Source: Heterodontus francisci (Eukaryota). Taken from it: a stretch of DNA of 64,000 nucleotides. A model generated the notes under the pieces. The model was given only the letters and a program-made list of their open reading frames with translations. It did not search any database and had not been told where the DNA came from. The stretch covers positions 58,417,805 to 58,481,804 of the forward strand of contig NC_090395.1 in NCBI RefSeq assembly GCF_036365525.1, written 5' to 3'. Numbering within the stretch: position 1 is the first letter of the stretch; every line of letters begins with the position of its first letter. The translations under genes and the position numbers were made by a program. Below, in pieces: positions 48,700 through 62,800 of this stretch.

Positions 48700-51600
48700 C
48701 ATAGGAATATAGAAAATAGGAGCAGGAGTAGGCCATTCGGCCCTTCGAGCCTGCTCCGCTATTCATTATGATCATGGCTGATCATCCAACTCAGTAACCT
48801 GTTCCGGCTTTCGCCCCATGACGTTTGATCCCTTTAGACCCAAGAGCTATATCTAACTCCTTTTTGAAAACATACAATGTTTTGGCCTCAACTGCTTTCT
48901 GTGGTAGCAAATTCCACAGGCTCATCACTCTCTGGGTGAAGAAATTTCTCCCCATATCAGTCCTGAAAGGCTTACTCCGTATCCTTAGATTATGACCCCT
49001 GGTTCTGGACTCCCCCGCCATTGGGAACATCCTTCCTGCATCTATCCTGTTACGTCCTGTTAGAATTTTACAGGTTTCTATGAGATCCCCCTCACTCTTC
49101 CGAACTCCAGCCAATATAATCCTAACCAACTCAATCTCTCCTCAAATGTCAGTCCCGCCATCCCAGGAATCAGTCTGGTAAACCTTTGCGGCACTCCCTC
49201 TATAGCAAGAACATCCTTCCTCAGATAAGGAGACCAAAACTGCACATATTATTCCAGGTGTGGCCTCACCAAGGCCCTGTATAATTGCAGCAAGACATCC
49301 CTGCTTCTGTACTCAAATCCTCTCGCTATGAAGGCCAACATACCATTTGCCTTTTTTACTGCCTGTTGCACCTGCATGCTTACCTTCAGTGACTGGTGTA
49401 CGAGAACACCCAGGTCTCGCTGCATATTCCCCTCTCTCAGTTTATAGCCGTTGAGATAATAATCAGCCTTCCTGTTTTTGCTACCAAAGTGGATAACCTC
49501 ACATTTATCCACATTATACTGCATCTGCCATGCATTAGCCCACTCACTTAACTTGTCCAAATCACCCTGAAGCCTCTCTGCATCCTCCTCACAACTTGCC
49601 CTCCCACCCAGTTTTGTGTCATCTGCAAATCTGCAGATATTACATTTAGTTCCCTCATCTAAATCATTCATGTATATTGTGAATAGCTGGGGTCCTAGCA
49701 CCGAGCCCTGTGGTACCCCACTAGTCACTGCCTGCCATTCGGAAAAAGACCAATTTATCCCTACTCTTTGTTTCCTGTCTGCCAACCAATTTTCTATCCA
49801 TCGCAATACACTACCGCTAATCACATGGGGTTTAATTTTAGATGCTAATATCTTATGTGGGACTTTGTCTCAAGGCTTCTGAAAGTCCAAATAAACTACA
49901 TCCACTGGTTCCCCCTCATCAACTCTACTAGTTACATCCTTGAAGAATGCCAGTAGATTTGTCAAGCCTGATTTCCCTTTCGTAAATCCATGCTGACTCT
50001 GTCCAATTCTACCCTGTTCTCTAAGTGCTCTGCTATAAGATCTTTTATAATGGACTCTAGAATTTTCACCACTACCGACGTCAGGCTGACTGGTCTATAA
50101 TTCCCTGCTTTCTCTCTATCTCCCTTTTTAAATAGTGGAGTTACATTAACTACCCTCCAATCTGTAGGAACTGTTCCAGAGTCTATAGAATCTTGGAAGA
50201 TGATCACCAATGCATCCACTATTTCTAGGGCACTTCCTTAAGTACTCTGGGATGCATATCTCAGGCCCTGGGGATTTATCGGCCTTCAATCCCATCAATT
50301 TTCACAACACCATTTCTCTACTAATACTGATTTCCTTCAGTTCCTCTCTCTCACTAAGCCCCATGTTCCCCAACATTTCTGCTATGATATTTGTGTCCTC
50401 CTTTGTGAAGACAGAACCAAAGTATGCATTTAGTTGGTCAGCCATTTCTTTATTCCCCATAATAAATTTCCCTGTTTCTGACATTCTGACCTACATTTGT
50501 CTTCACCAATCTTTTTCTCTTCACATACCTGTAGAAACTTTTAGTCAGTTTTTATGTTCCCCGCAAGCTTGCTCTCGTACTCTATTTTCCCCTTCTTAAT
50601 CAATCGCTTGGTCCTCCTTTGCTGAATTCTAAACTGCTCCCAATCCTCAGGTCTGTTGTTTTTCCTGACAAATTTATATGCCTCTTCCTTGGATCTAATG
50701 CTATCTCTAATTGTCCTTGTAAGCCATGATTTGGCTACCTTTCCCGTTTTACTTTTGCACCAGACAGGGATAAACAATTGTTGCAGTTCATCCATGTGCT
50801 CTTTAAATTTTTGCCATTGCCTATCCACCGTCATATCTTTAAGTAACGTTTCCCAATCCGTTATGGCCAACTCGCGCCTCATACCTTTGTAGTTTCCTTT
50901 ACTAAGATTCAGGACCCTTGTCTCAGAATCGACTACGTCACCCTCCATCTTGATGAAGAATTCTATCATATTATGGTCGCTCGTCCCCAAGGGGTCTCGC
51001 ACCACTAGGTTGTCAATTATTCCTCTCTCATTACACAATACCCAGTCTAAGATGGCCTGTTCTCTAGTTGATTCCTCAATGTATTGGTCCAGAAAACCAT
51101 CCCGTATACGCCCCAAGAATTCCTCCTCTGCGGTATTGTGACTAATTTGATTTGCCCAATCTTTATGCAGATTAAACTCACCCATAATTACAGATGTTCC
51201 TTTATTACATGCATCTCTAATTTCCTGTTTAATGCCATTTCCAACATCACCACTACAGTTTGGGGGTCTATATACAATCCCCACTAACGTTTTTTGCCCC
51301 TATGTGTTTCTCAGCTCTACCCATACAGATTCCACCTCGTCAGAGTTAATATCTTTCCTCACTATTGTGTTAATTTCATCTTTAACCAGCAATGCAACTT
51401 TTGCTTTTTGTCTGTCCTTCCTAAATACCCCTGGATGTTCATTTCCCATCCTTGGTCACCTTGCAGCCATGTCTCCGTAATCCCGACTATATCATACCCG
51501 TTTACATCTATTTGTGTGATTAATTCATTCACTTTATTGCGAATGCTCTGCGTGTTAAGGCATAAAGCCTTAAGGCTTGCTGTTTTTACATTACTTGTCC

Positions 51601-51715
51601 TCTTCCCACTATTTTTCACTGTGGCCCTGTTTGATTCTGGCCCTTGATTTCTCTGCCTATCACTTTTCTTATTCTCCTTACTGTCTTTTGTTCTTGTCTT
51701 TGATCCCCCGCACCC
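48700..51715 (-). mobile_element. CR1 LINE with complete ORF2 region, 5'-truncated; same family as 9608-14046
   Basis: ORFs 48791-51823 (LCLNTQSIRNK...ITETWL; YRPP; GVPQGSVLGP; FADD). Nested in another CR1 3' fragment (48500-48699 / 51745-52040). Confidence 0.95.
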
Positions 51716-51744
51716 ACCCCCCCCCCCCCCCCCGACTCCTTGCA

Positions 51745-52040
51745 AAGGTTCCCATCCCTTAACCACTCGCATGAAAAAGTTTTTCCTCATGTCGTTTTTG
51801 CTTCTCTTACCTATAACTTTCAATCAGTGCCCTCTTATTGTCAATCCTTCCATGAGTGGGAACAGTTTCTCACTATCTGCTCTGTCCAGACCCCTCATGA
51901 TTTTGAATACCTCTATCAAATCACATCTCAGCCTTCTCTTCTCCAAGGAAAACAGTCCTAACTTCTCCAATCTATCTTCATAACTGAAGTTCTGCATCCC
52001 TGGAATCATTCTGGTGAATCTTTTCTGCACTCTCTCCTAT
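51745..52040 (-). mobile_element. CR1 3' fragment (host of the 48700-51715 insertion)
   Basis: QKRFTRMIPGM...LGLFSLEKRRLR (51824-52030), continuing at 48500-48699. Confidence 0.85.
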
Positions 52041-52199
52041 TATGTTCCTCAATTGACGGTATGGATTAACTTTACAATTTTGTTCCTGCTCTGTTCGACT
52101 AACAAATGAAAAGTTACACTACTCGTGACATTGGAAACTTTCTAATGTTCTTTTTTCACATCCGTTTTACACTGGGGGTAGTCTGGAATTTGTAACGGT

Positions 52200-52620
52200 C
52201 TAGACTGACGGCCGTGGGGATTCCCATGCCACTAATTCAAGATATGAATAGGTTGGCCCCAAGGGGCTAACCTGATTGGACAATTCCTGGTAGAAAAAGG
52301 CGGAGCCAATAGAAAGCTTTGAGAGGCTCTGATTTGTTGGGCAACTGAAAGAAGATGGATTTGGTTGGATGAGACTGATGGGGAAAGAGGCAGGGTCTTT
52401 TGACAAGACGAGTGAGTGGATCCGATCGACAGATTTACAAAAAAGAAGGAATCTGATTTGTCACGTGTGAAGAGGGGGGCTGGTATGTTTATTACAGGTA
52501 GAGAGACAGAGGCAAAGCTTATTGGCTGCTGTAGAAGGGTGCATCTCTGAAGCTATAAAGGGAAGGATTAGAAGGGCATATGACATACTGAGCAGCAGTC
52601 ACATCAAAAACCAACAATTT
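52200..52620 (+). promoter_or_regulatory. Promoter-like region of an unidentified downstream gene
   Basis: NF-kB-type GGGGATTCCC 52216-52225; Y-box CTGATTGG 52272-52279; CCAAT 52306-52310; E-box GTCACGTG 52460-52467; ETS-like CCGGAAG just downstream at ~52622; CpG retention to ~53550. Confidence 0.6.
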
Positions 52621-52702
52621 ACCGGAAGAGTTTTATCAGTTTCGAATTGTCTGTACGTTCTGTCGAAGCGCAATTGGATTACTCGGGGTTGGCTGCGTTC
52701 AG
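52560..52702 (+). other. Candidate non-coding first exon of downstream gene
   Basis: Perfect donor CAG|GTGAGT at 52702/52703 (alternative GG|GTAAGT at 52831); start position is a guess. Confidence 0.5.
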
Positions 52703-54599
52703 GTGAGTGAATGATTAAACGCGGGGTCCTTTTCAATGTCATTTCGGACGCAAAATAAGGTTGTTTGGTCGAAGTTGACTGGACTCTGGATTTCGATTGG
52801 ACCTGAATGAAAGTATGTTAGTCTGCTGGGGTAAGTCTGGTTTAGACCAAGGCACTCAGCAAACTGCGCGGGGAAAAACACGTTTTTGGTAAAAATTTAT
52901 TGAAACTTTAGTCAACTGAATAAAGTGCCTCCCAGGTTGTACTGTGGAGCGAAATAACCCGTGGTAGTGTCTGAACACTATGTGCTCATTCGTTCAAGCT
53001 TTCCTCTTGCCCCGATCCAAACCAGTTGGAGAACCTGTTTACTGGAAGAGCTTTTCATAAGATTCCAGGTCAAGGAGTTGATTTGTGCGCCGGGAAGAAA
53101 GTTTTTTTTTAAATTCGTATAAACGAATTCCTGGGACCTTTGTACCTGAGTTAGATCAGAACCACCACGTCTACTTTCCCCAGTGAAATTATGTCTTCTA
53201 TTTTCACGAGGGGCGATGAGTTCCTTTTCTGTTTTTTTTTCCATACAAGTTTCATTATTTTCTGTTGAGAAAGAACTAGCACGTTTTAAATGATATGGTG
53301 GGAAATGCCCGGAATGTTGCGTGGCATGAATCATAATTTCTGGGTCCTGAAAGTGACCAAAGTGAGCCGTGTCTTGGTCCCAAATATTAATACCCGTTGG
53401 TGTACTGTATCCTATGCATTTCCGTACTTTTTCTTTCCAGTTTGTAAAAAAAGAAAATCTATGCCAAAAGGAAATATTTCTATATATTCAATGTGTTTAA
53501 TATATAGTTTGGTCTGAATCTCGTCGCGTCCTATCCCCACCTACTGTCAATAACATCACATGACTGGATTAACTGAATGCCACTCTCTTTGACGAACCTG
53601 ATATTGCAGCAGTAGTTTGCGTCATTCTGTTTGCTAAAAATACTGTCTCCTTAGTGCATACCTTAGCATGTTTTGCCCTTCCTATTATTGAGGTGTTGGT
53701 CGAAAGGAGAGTAGGTGACATCTGGTCCTGGATGGGCAAGTTGAATAGTCTCACGTCATGGAGAAAGCATTTATTTACCTTATTTTAGAATTGGAGTTCA
53801 GACCAAAAGCAGATGTAATCACCAGCAGCTCCCACTTGAAACATACACTCCATATTTCTGATTCCTCCCTTTTTGTTTCGCATTTCCTGGTGAAGCAATA
53901 CAATTCAGGGATTGATTTTTAACTCGGTTTCTTTTCCTTACTACTTGTCTTTCTCGATTGTGGAAATTACAAAGCAGTACTCAAACTGTTAAAATAAGTC
54001 TGCTTTAAATTCTAAATGTTCCTTACGTTTTCTGAATAGGCTTCATGTGCATTTCCAAAAACAATGCGAGGAATGCACTAAACATTCTTTGAATTTCCCA
54101 AATAAATTGTTTTATTTTGGTGTAGTTTATAAAGGGTCTTCACACAATCAAAGCTTTCCAAATTTTACCTTCACATTTTTAAAGTAGGGTGCTCGTTAAT
54201 ACAATTCCACTTTGCTTTTCTAATCTGTCACTGACTCTCATAACCTTATGCCAAGCATGCGTCCATCACATAGCCGATATCTCACTACACATCTGTAACA
54301 AAGTAATTTAACAATCATTTTTTAAAAGGGAGAAACCAGTTATTAATCAGAACCTGAAATTTTATGAGCACTTTCCATATATAATTTGCTGATCTGAGCC
54401 TGTGTTTATTAATTTAGCTCTCTTTTTAAAAAAAAAATGAGGCAGATTCCTTTTCCGCAGAATATAGCATTGGCACATAATTTGATGTCAATATAAACCT
54501 TGCTATTTATGCACATATGCTGTAGCAACTTCAGGCGAATGCAGATGCACCATTGAATTTGGAAATCCAAACGTTGCTGTTCGAGATAGTCTGTGGTTT

Positions 54600-54853
54600 T
54601 AATTGCTCAACCACTGGCAGTCATGCCTTTGGCTGCCAAGGCCCTAACCTCTGGAATTCCCTCCCTAAACCTCTCTACCTCCCTTTCCTCCTTTAAGAAA
54701 CGCCTCAAAACCTACCTCTTTGACCAAATTTGGCCATCTGCCCTAATATCTCCTTGTGTGGCTCAATGTCAAATTTTGTTTTATAATGCTTCTATGAGGC
54801 ACCTTGGGACATTTTATTATGTTAAAGGTGCTATATAAATACAAGAAGTTGTT
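54600..54853 (+). mobile_element. L2 LINE 3' end
   Basis: ccaaggccctaacctctggaattccctccctaaacc...aaaacctacctctttgacc...gctatataaatacaag. Confidence 0.8.
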
Positions 54854-57800
54854 GTGGTTAGCTTTGTGAAAGTGGCATTTGCTGCCTAGCTCAGCATTGA
54901 AATGCATTGAGCAGCATGAGTCTGCTGTATTTGAATGTTGTATATAAACTAAATTCGCCACTGCAAGTTTAAAGCTGGTCTGAGGTACTGCTGTTTAAAG
55001 TCATTTAAGGTCTGCACATAATTAACAATGCTAATTGTTAGTTAATGTCAATGAAACTCCTTTGGCACTGAAAATTACACTATTACAAATGTGCAGTTTC
55101 ATTGCTTTTGGTTTTAATTGTTTAATATTTTAAATGTGAAATTTAATTTTAATTTTTTTTCTGGGTTTTCTGTCACAATTCAATCTCTTGTTTCCTTCTG
55201 TTATTTATTTTTCTGTACGTGATTTGGCTTTGAGTTCATCCACTCTAATTTATACTTCCTTGTCTGTCCTTGCACTGCATGTTTCACAATCCTTCACCCT
55301 AATGAAGGTGATACACAGTTGCTTATTCTGTTCGCCCAAGGTCCCAGATGCCCTGTTTCCCTCACTACGCCATTATCAGCTCACGCTTCCAGCAAATTGT
55401 AGCGCAAAATATTGATGAGATTAAACAAGCAATTCTTAATGGCGGGCACTGTTAGATTTCTTCCTTCAGCAAATTATGCCATTGTATTTCATGTTATAGC
55501 ATATCTCATCCTATAAAACAGGGTAACATCGGATTTACTATACGCAATGGCCGCAGGAAATCTGTTAGTTAATCTCAAAAGATCTTCGCTTTTATTTTTA
55601 GAGGAAGTTCTAAGTAATATGTTTGTATGTTTTGTTGTGACCCAATGATTAGGATTTTCTTGTTTGCTAATTGCTTGTCTCTGATTACAGTCACTACTGG
55701 ATTTTTCTGGTTCTCCCTAATGTACGCTCTTGGCTGAACTAATTCCAACAAGAAGGCCCTAGTGCGATGCCCATAAGTGAAACGTGGGCTGGAGAATCTC
55801 CCATGGATTCCATTGCCAGTGGCAGTATTGTTGGAAGTTGCAATAGTGTAACCAGCAGTAGCTCTACTTTTGTAAGTCTTTCCTATTTTAATAAGGGGTA
55901 GCAATTTTCCAGTTTGAGTGTGGTGATGATATAAAGGAGACAAGTTAATCTGTTGCTGTCTACTTCATTTGAAAAAAAACACACACTGGACTGAACAATT
56001 ATTATTTTTATTTTCTTTTAAATTCTTGGTAAGGATTTATTTTACCTAATTTAAAAGAAATATGAATTTCTGATGATCAGTTTGCTAACAAAGTACCGTC
56101 AACAGGCTACCTATGCAGAATTTAGAATGCAGTAATGTGAATGCGAAGAGAAATGAAAGGTTTCATCTCAGCATAATTATGGAATGTTTATCAGTACAGT
56201 GACCTATTAACAATTTGCATAGTAAAATCTGAATCATCTAATGTCACAATATGTTGCTAATTGATATCCTAATGGGTTATCCCCTGTTAGTTTTGGTTGA
56301 CAAATGGAACCTTAAATATTATATCTTTAAATATATTTTGACTGCACTGAAATTTAAAAAAAAACTGTGACCATTCCCAATTTCTGGATTAATTCAATTT
56401 AAACTTGTGTATTTGGTTAATGAAACCTTTCACTGAATGTAACTGACAATGTTTGTTTTCCTTTTCTGGTGAGGATACTTATGTCTATTCATGTATGTCC
56501 TGTTTTTGCTTCGCAATTGCATTCGGGGTCCCCAAATGCATAATAGTAAAAAAGCTTTATGTTCTTGAATAGCTTCAACATATGTACTGCATTGAGCAAC
56601 AACTATTTATCTAAGGGAAAAGGGGTTTCTGATGACATACATAACATGTTTCAACTCTACTTTTGCAGTTTTACAACTTCCAAATTCTGAATGTCACTTG
56701 TGTAACTCCTCACCAGCTACATATCTGTTTCCAGGGGGAGGGGCGGCGGAGGCGGAGAGAAAGCCTCGAGTATTTATCAGCACCAGAATTGGTATGGCGC
56801 TATACTGCATCGCAGAACCAATGCAAAATTGCATAAAGTGAAGGACATAGCTTTAAACCCTGCCCCCCTTAACAACACCCACCCCACCCCACCCCCACCA
56901 AGTTGCTCTTGACACTTAATCAGTGACACCAAGCAGAAGGCAGGTCTCCCCATGTGAGGGGAGGGAAGGAGAAAGATGAAAACATTTAGAGGGCAAGTCA
57001 TTGCTAGGCTGCTCTTGCAGACTTCCCAATAGCCAGTTCCATAACAGAGTTGAAGGTAGCCAGGAAATGAATGGTCAGGCTTTTTGCTGCACTTGGGTGC
57101 ATGGTCTAATTAAGGCCAGAGCTGCAATAACAAAACAAAGTTCTCTTTCAGAACTTTTGACGAGCTGTACCCTAGCGTGGGTTATATGGCCCAGTATTAA
57201 CAATTACCTGGCTGTGTAAAATTTACACATCATTCAATGTTTTAAATGAAAGGTTTGATCAAAGCATAAGCCAGCCCTCTTCCCAAATAGAGCGTAACCT
57301 GTTGCCTGTCTTGGATGCTATAGGCAATCTGACTGGAAATACTTTTAATGATATAAACTTTCAATCAATATATGAAAATGATGTCCCATCATAGTTCCAA
57401 TCACTATATAACTCTAACATGCCATTGGCTAACTTTGATAGTATCCAAGCTAGATTGCGGGATCCATATACCTTATGAATTGCATATGAATAAATTACAT
57501 GGAACATCTCTCAAATATATCAAAGATTGGAATTTAAATGCCAAAGTTTGGACTATAAACTGGTTAATGTTTCTACTAATGAAATGCACATACTGTCTAT
57601 CTGCTATTTCTTAAATCCATGTATGTAAATGACCATGAATTCAAACTTGAGCAAAAAAGTCACTTTTTAAAAAGTAACACTGGAGTCTTGTTTCCAGTAT
57701 TTATTTTGGTTCATTGCTAGACCACTTTTCTGTGCGTATATTGAGAATGTTTGTGGACTTCAAGGACACAGAACATTTTTGTTCGGATAATTTTAAATCT

Positions 57801-58807
57801 GAATATTGTTTTGGTTTCATGCAAGAACAGAGGAGTGGGACTAATTGGATGACTCTTTGAAAAGAGTCAGAACAGGCATGATGGGCTGAATGACCTCCTA
57901 TGCTGTATGGCTATCATGATTTCAAGAATCAATGTATATAAAAAAGAATGCTTGGGAAGTTGTGGGTATCCTTGCTCATGGTGAGGGCGGTGGTGATTAT
58001 TGCTTTGGTAACCTTTCTAAATAAGTTACAAATGGAACTCTGTTAGATAGTGTTTTGTTTTTGTTTATTTTTATCAGTATTAGCACATCCTGTAGAGTTT
58101 TTTTTTGAAAAATCAGTGATCTCTTGCCTTTATTTCTTCCTATTTAAGAATGTAGAAGAACCTGCTTCAAATGACCTTTCAGATCACTGAAACTGGTACT
58201 TCCAGTTCGAATTTACATTTGCAGATTAACTAATTCACCTCAGTGCTCAACTTCTGTGTCAGTTTTTTTTTGTTGCTGATTTAAATAGCTTAGATTCATC
58301 TCCATAACTAATAGTGTGCAGCAGCCTCGATTTACCTTAGCGAAGTTCCACTTGGAGAATCCAACAGCTTCAAATTTAGCTGCCCAACTGAACTGTGCGA
58401 GCTGTTTGCACTTTATTTGGCGGTTAGGGATTAATTTTCAACCAGCCTACTCTTGTATGTTTCTGTTGTGAATAGAATCTCATCTATAAATGGTTGATTT
58501 CAAAAAATTCTCAGCGACACACACCATTAAGACTAGCTTTGTGATTGCTTACCGATTTCCAGTATTGGCTCAAATCAGTGGAGTTATTCGGGACAAATTG
58601 TATTTATGACTTTTGTGAATATTTTATCAAAAACTTGTTCTATATTGACGATGATGAACCATGCACACAGTACCCGTTGTGTAACATAAATGCCGTAGTC
58701 AAGTTACAACTGAACAGTGTTTACTTGGGCAAAATAGAAGGAATGAACTGAAGTGATGAGTCACACTTCTATTATCCATTCAAGATCTTGATTAACTACT
58801 GCAGACC

Positions 58808-58833
58808 ATGGCAGCCAGTGATCTTTTTGATAG
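58808..58833 (+). CDS. Candidate first coding segment of downstream gene (MAASDLFD.., phase 2)
   Basis: Optimal Kozak accATGG followed 26 nt later by AG|GTAAGA; CAG at 58802-58804 may be an acceptor (weak pyrimidine tract). Too short to identify. Confidence 0.35.
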
Positions 58834-58889
58834 GTAAGATACATACTATACCCTGTTACTTGCTGCACCTCCAGTTAACAACTACTTAT

Positions 58890-59335
58890 TCTCATACCAT
58901 GAGGTATTATGGGGACAGGTTGCATAGACTAAATCTATATTCACTTGAGTATAGATTAGGGTGATGCAACTGAGGTGCTTTAAAATAAGTAAAAGATTTG
59001 ATGGGCTTGATAGAACCTATATCCTCCTGGTGGAGAAGTCCAGAACAAGCTGGCATAACCTTAACATTAGAGCTAGGCTATTGGATGAAATCAGGAAGCA
59101 TTTCCTCATGGTAGTATAAGTCTGGAACTATTTCCACCTCTTCCCCCGCACCTTTCCCCACCCACCCAAAAAAAAAAACCTGGTGAAGATAGAACAATTA
59201 AAATGCCCAAATTGCGAGAGATTTTTGTCAGGCGGGGGTAGTAAGGCATATGGAACCAAGTTGGGTAAATGGAGTTAATTGATTGGTGGAACAGGCTTGA
59301 GGGAATGAATGGCTTACTCCAGTTCCTATGTTCTT
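58890..59335 (+). mobile_element. CR1 3' fragment, decayed
   Basis: ggagaagtccagaacaag...gaaatcaggaagcatttc...gaatggcttactccagttcctatgttc. Confidence 0.7.
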
Positions 59336-59847
59336 CTTGAAATCCAAGGGGGGAAACCCTTTTTACTTAAGGTCACACAATATCACTGTTGCTATTTTCT
59401 ACTTAAATCCCACATATACTTGTCTCCTTAAGCAATTTGAAATTATCTAACCAAGCTATTTTATTACTGTCCACCTTTCATATGTAATATATTTAGTTTG
59501 AATGTTGCATAGTTTCTATGTAGAAACATTTTCAGATGATTTAAACTTTAGTAATGTTCTTTTACACTTCCATTTAATAAAACAAATTATGCTTGGTTAA
59601 AGTGTTTAGATTGGAAGAGTATGACAATTCTAGGTGAGGCACTGTTTCACCTGCTGAGCTACCATTAGCTGCTGACTCATGTGCAAAGTCTGTTGATTCC
59701 TCTATTTGATCAGAAGATATATTCAAATTCTGGAATCACTGTTGAATTTCAGTAGCTGAATGTTTGAACATGATCCATTGATCAACAAAATAAACTTGTT
59801 TATTTTAATGAAAACTACCAGGAAATAAACAGCATAAAGACTAATAA

Positions 59848-62800
59848 ATCATAATCACAGGCGTTACAGCACAGAAGGAAGCCATTTGGTGCATGGGTGC
59901 ATGTCCACTCTCTGTAGAACAATCCAGTCGGTCCCATTGCACTGCTCTATCTCCATAACCCTGCAAGTTTATTTCTCTCAAGTGCCCATCCAATATCCTT
60001 TTGAAATCCTTCACTGTCTCTGCTTCCACCACCCTTGTAGGTAGTGAGTTCCAGGTCGTTAACACTCGCTGTGTTTATAAAAAAAAAAAAAAGTTCTTCC
60101 TCACATCCTCCCTGTATCTCTTGCCCAAAACCTTCAATCTGTGTCTCCTTGTCCTTGTATCATCAGCTAATGGGCACAGTTTTTCTTTGACTACCTTATC
60201 TAAACCTGTCATAATCTTGAACACTATCAAATCTCCCCACAATCTCTTTTGCTCCAAGGAGAGCAACCCAGCTTCTCCAACCTAACCTTGTAGGCAAAAT
60301 CCCTCATCCCTGGAACTATTCTGGTAAATCTCCCCTACAGCCTCTTGAGGATCTTCATATCCTTCCTAATGTGTGGTGGCCAGCTTTACAAAGGTCTGGC
60401 ATAATTTCCCTACTTTTGTACTCAATACCTGTATTTATGAAGCCCAAGATCCCATATGCTTTGGTAACTACTCTCTCAATATGTCCTTCCACCTTCAAAG
60501 ATCTATACACATGAACCCCCAGGTCCCTCAGTAGGCCTGTACACTCTTCAGAACTGCGGCATTTATTCTATATTGCCTCACCCTATCTCTTCTGCCAAAA
60601 TGCATCCCTTGTCTGATTATTAAATTCCATTTGCTGCTTGTCTTCCCATTCTGCTAGCCTATCGATGTTCTGTTGCATTTGATTGGCATCATCCTCATTG
60701 TCTGCCACACCTCTAAGTGTGGTATCATTGGCAAATTTTGAAATTTTACTCTGTATTCCAATATACAAGTCATTTAGCTATAGCAAAAACAACAATGTTC
60801 CTAGCACTGAACCTTGGGAAACACCACTGTCTTACCAGGCCCCAGTCTGAAAAATAACTATTTGCCATGACTTACTGTTTCTGTCCTTAAGCCAGTTTTT
60901 TTTATCCAAGCTGACACTGGCCCTCCTGTTCCATGAACCTCAATTTTGTTAACCAGCATTTTTATGTGTTACTTTATCAAATGCTTTCTTAAAATTTATA
61001 TGGACAATATCCACTGCATTCCCTTCATCAACCTTCTCTGTTACCTCATCAAAAAAATCAATTAGATTAGTCAAGCACGATCTGCCTTTTACAAATCTGT
61101 GCTGGCTCTCCTTAATTAACTCAAACCTCTCCAAGTGCCTGTTGATTTTTTTTTTCCCCCTGATTATTGTTTCTGTAACTTTACCCACCACTGATATTAA
61201 ATTGACTCACCTGTAGTTACTAGGAGTGCCCTTACACACTTTCCTGAATAAGGAGGTCACATTTGCCACACTCCAATCCTCTGGCACTTCCCCCATACCT
61301 AGAGAACATTGGAAGATTATGGTAGGATCCTGTGCCATCTTCACCTGCAATTCCCTTTGCAACCTGCCATGCAAGCCATCTGGACCAGATGGCTTATCAA
61401 TTCTAAACATAGCCAGTCTTTCAATTTTCACTCCATCTGTTACCTCTACCATCTCTGCTTCTACCAATATTTTATCAGCATCCTCTTGCTTTAGTAAGTC
61501 CCAATACAAAGTTCTCATTAAGTATTCTAATCTTGCCGTGTGCCTCTAAGCTTGTATAACTCTCTTTATTCTATTTACATGCCATTGGAAGATTTTTGGA
61601 TTCCCTATTATGTTAACTGCCATTCTATTCTAATATTCTCTCTTTGCCAGTCATATTTTCCTCTTCACTTACCCTCTCAAACTTATTGTATTTGGCATGG
61701 TTCTTGTTTGAAGAATTCACCTGAAATGCATCATACACTTTTTGTTTCATTATATTCTCTATCTCCCTTGTCATCCAAGGAGCCCTGGTTTTGATTCCTC
61801 AACCTTTCCCTTTTCTTGGAATGTACCTAGACTGTATCTGAAAAGTCTCCTTAAAGATAACCATTGTTCCATTACAGTATTTCCTTTTAGTCTTTGATTC
61901 CATTTTACCCAGGTTAGATTGCTCCTTGCTCCTCTTCATTACTAATTGAAACCTTATGGTACAATGATCACTCTTATTCAAGTGTTCCCCACAGACACTT
62001 GATCCACTTGGCCCACCTCATTCCCCAGCATCAGATCCAGCAATGCCTCCTTTCTAGTTGGACTGAGAATATACTGGTCAAGGAAGTTCCCATTAACACA
62101 TTTCAGAAGTTCCTCCCCCTCCTTGCCCTCTAACATTGTCACGATCAATATGTGGGTAAATAAAGTCCCCCAGTATCACCACTCTATATAGTTCTTGCAC
62201 ATTTGTGATTTTTCCCTGCAGATTTGCCGCTCTCGCCTGCACGCTCTCTTGATAGGCCTGTAGAATACCCCCAGTGGCATGATCATACCCATTTTTGCTT
62301 CTCAACTCTAACCAAATGGACTCTGTCTTTGCCCCCTCAAGAATATCCTCCCTTTCCAACACTACAATATCTTCCCTAATCAGTACTGCCAGCCCTACTC
62401 CCTTTTCTTCCTTCCCTAATTTTTCTAAATGCTTTGTATCCAGGCATATTAAGCGCCCAGTTCTCACCATTTTTAAGCCACGTTTCCATGATTGCCACTA
62501 CTTCATATCCCCAAATGGCGATTTGTGCTTCTAGCTCACCAACCTAATTCACCACACTTTCTGTTTACATACATGCATTCTCAACCTGTCTATGTATTCC
62601 TCATAGTCCTTAGTCTGCTCCTATCTAATATGGGACTACTTCCTTCTCTAGTAGTATCCAACACTCTTACTCCTTTATGCACCTTTTATTATTTTTTTAT
62701 TTCTATATGCACATGCCCATCACCCCCTGCCAATTTAGTTCAAATCCTCCCCAATCAAACTAATGAACCTCACCACAAACTATTGAAGTCCAACCCATTC

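Noticed and set aside
52522-53517. Short ORFs around the second promoter
   Set aside because: No recognisable domains, some non-ATG starts, and they cross the splice donor.
54493-57230. Possible MITE-like blocks (~54493-55560 and ~56785-57225)
   Set aside because: Repeat-like composition, but I could not define terminal inverted repeats or TSDs.
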